A stretch of DNA of 64,000 nt, taken from contig JARFYF010000055.1 of assembly GCA_030265395.1 (NCBI GenBank), positions 18,098,483-18,162,482 on the forward strand. The letters are read 5' to 3'. The notes under the pieces were generated by a model. It did not search any database, was not told the origin of the DNA, and saw only the letters and a list, made by a program, of their open reading frames with translations. This document shows, one piece after another, positions 62,418 through 64,000 of the stretch. How positions within the stretch are numbered: the stretch's first letter is position 1; the number at the start of each line of letters is the position of its first letter. Source of the DNA: Rhina ancylostomus (taxonomy: Eukaryota). A program made the position numbers and the translations under genes.

Positions 62418-63546
62418 TTTACGGACATCTTTAACATCTCCTTGCAGCAGGCCGCTGTCCCAAAGTGTCTCAAATCTGCCACCATCATACCTGTGCCAAA
62501 GAAGTCCCCTGCACTATACCTGAATGACTATCACCCCATAGCACTGACACCCATTCTTATGAAGTGTTTTGAGAGGCTGATCATGAGGCACATCAGATCC
62601 ATCCTTCCCCCAGCCATGGACCCCCACCAATATGCATATCGGGCCAACAGGTCCACAGATGATGCAGTATCCTCTGCCCTGCATTCGGCANNNNNNNNNN
62701 NNNNNNNNNNNNNNNNNNNNNNNNNNNNNNNNNNNNNNNNNNNNNNNNNNNNNNNNNNNNNNNNNNNNNNNNNNNNNNNNNNNNNNNNNNCCAGGTTCCT
62801 GGGGGTGCACATCGCTGATGACCTGAACTGGTCCATCAACACCACAGCCCTCACCAAGAAAGCCCAGCAACATCTCTACTTCCTGAAGAGACTGAGAAAA
62901 GTGAACTTCCCTCCATCTATCATGAAAATGTTCTATAGCGGAACCATTGAGAGTATCCTGACACACTGCATCACCATCTGGTATGGGAACTGTACAGCCG
63001 CTGAGCGGAAGTCTCTGCAGAGAATAGTGAGAGCAGCAGAGAAGGTTGCAGGTGTCTCTCTACCCTCTCTTGCAGACATATATATGGACTGGTGTGTCAG
63101 AAAGGCCACAAGCATAAGGTCTGACCCTTCCCACCTCTCCCACCACCTCTTTGCACCCTTGCCATCCGGAAGGAGGCTCCAGAGCATCTGTGCAAGATCC
63201 ACCAGACTGTGCAACAGCTTTTTCCCACAAGCCATTAGAACTATGAACTCCCTCAAAAGGTTGGTCCCCATCCCTCCATCCCTCCCTCCAACACCAAAGG
63301 ATATTATGTGTACAGAAATGCACCAGTACTTTAAGTGTCCGATCACTGCTTGGACACCTGCTGCATCAGTACATTCATTTTAAGCTGCTTTTATTCAAGT
63401 TTATTTTTAATGCTGTTGTCTTTTTGTCATTTTTTTCTTAATGTGTCCTGCACCCTGATCTGTGGAGCACGGTATTTCGCTCCCATACATGCTGAATGTG
63501 GATATGGAAGTGACAATAAAATTGATTCTGATGCTGATTCTGATTC
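62418..63546 (+). mobile_element. Relatively young 5'-truncated Rex1/Babar LINE (RT core hidden in a gap)
   Basis: Stop-free frames on both sides of the gap: FTDIFNISL...IIPVPKK...[19 protein letters not shown]...[13 protein letters not shown] and FLGVHIADDLNW...KKAQQHLYFLKRL...LPSGRR...NSFFPQAIR. AATAAA and a (GATTCT)n tail. Confidence 0.93.
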
Positions 63547-64000
63547 ATGCAGAGGGTGGATATTCTATCCAGCAAGCTGCGCAGACTCAGTTATTGAGTT
63601 AATTCAAAACTGATACTGTTAGGTTTCTGGATATTAAGTGAATCAGGGGAAATGGTGATTGTGTTGGAAAATAGTTTTGATGTTAAATAAAATCAACCAT
63701 TTACCTTGAGCAACAGCTAACCAGGCTCAAGAGGCCAAATGGCCTACGCCAGCTCTTATTTCTTACGTTCTTATAATTGAAGCTTGAAATGAGGCCATTC
63801 CATTTTACTGCTCCATGGAAGAATTAAAAGTAGTGCTCAGGATATATGCATATAGAAAGGCCGCAGGTTTTTAGGCCGCTACATACTATCACCACAGTAT
63901 CTCAGTGATATCAGCACCATACCTCCAGTCCTCTACTTGCATTGCTGTCTTCTGTGAGACTTTGCTTGTTGGAAACACTGGAGCACATGGTGCCTGGTCC

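Noticed and set aside
62151-63383. 410-aa ORF, the longest in the track
   Set aside because: Chance in-frame fusion of a CR1 C-terminal remnant with a 5'-truncated Rex1 RT, read through an N-gap. Not a gene.

Overview
This is AT-rich, CpG-depleted, repeat-dense vertebrate DNA with many N-gaps. The repeat set (V-domain/HE1-type SINEs, Deu-domain SINEs, CR1 and Rex1/Babar LINEs, Penelope-like elements, Tx1, Gypsy and Harbinger fossils) points to a cartilaginous fish, probably a ray or shark; this is an inference. I cannot identify any host protein-coding gene, rRNA, tRNA or CRISPR array. Every recognisable ORF is a decayed or gap-spanning transposon fragment, so the window is most likely deep intronic or intergenic. 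Family names come from recalled motifs, not database searches, and boundaries of old repeats are approximate. The most unexplained signals are: (i) an indel-free 218-bp local duplication (4836-5053 / 7693-7910) that starts at a splice-acceptor-like TCTCAG and has a synonymous-biased 28-codon frame ending Cys-Cys-stop; (ii) a second, older ungapped duplication (51181 / 53561); (iii) a CpG-retaining unique block at 34.2-35.0 kb with a clean 60-nt exon candidate; (iv) Penelope-derived palindromes carrying hammerhead-ribozyme-like cores; (v) a relatively young Rex1-type insertion. I found no convincing evidence for a new biological system.
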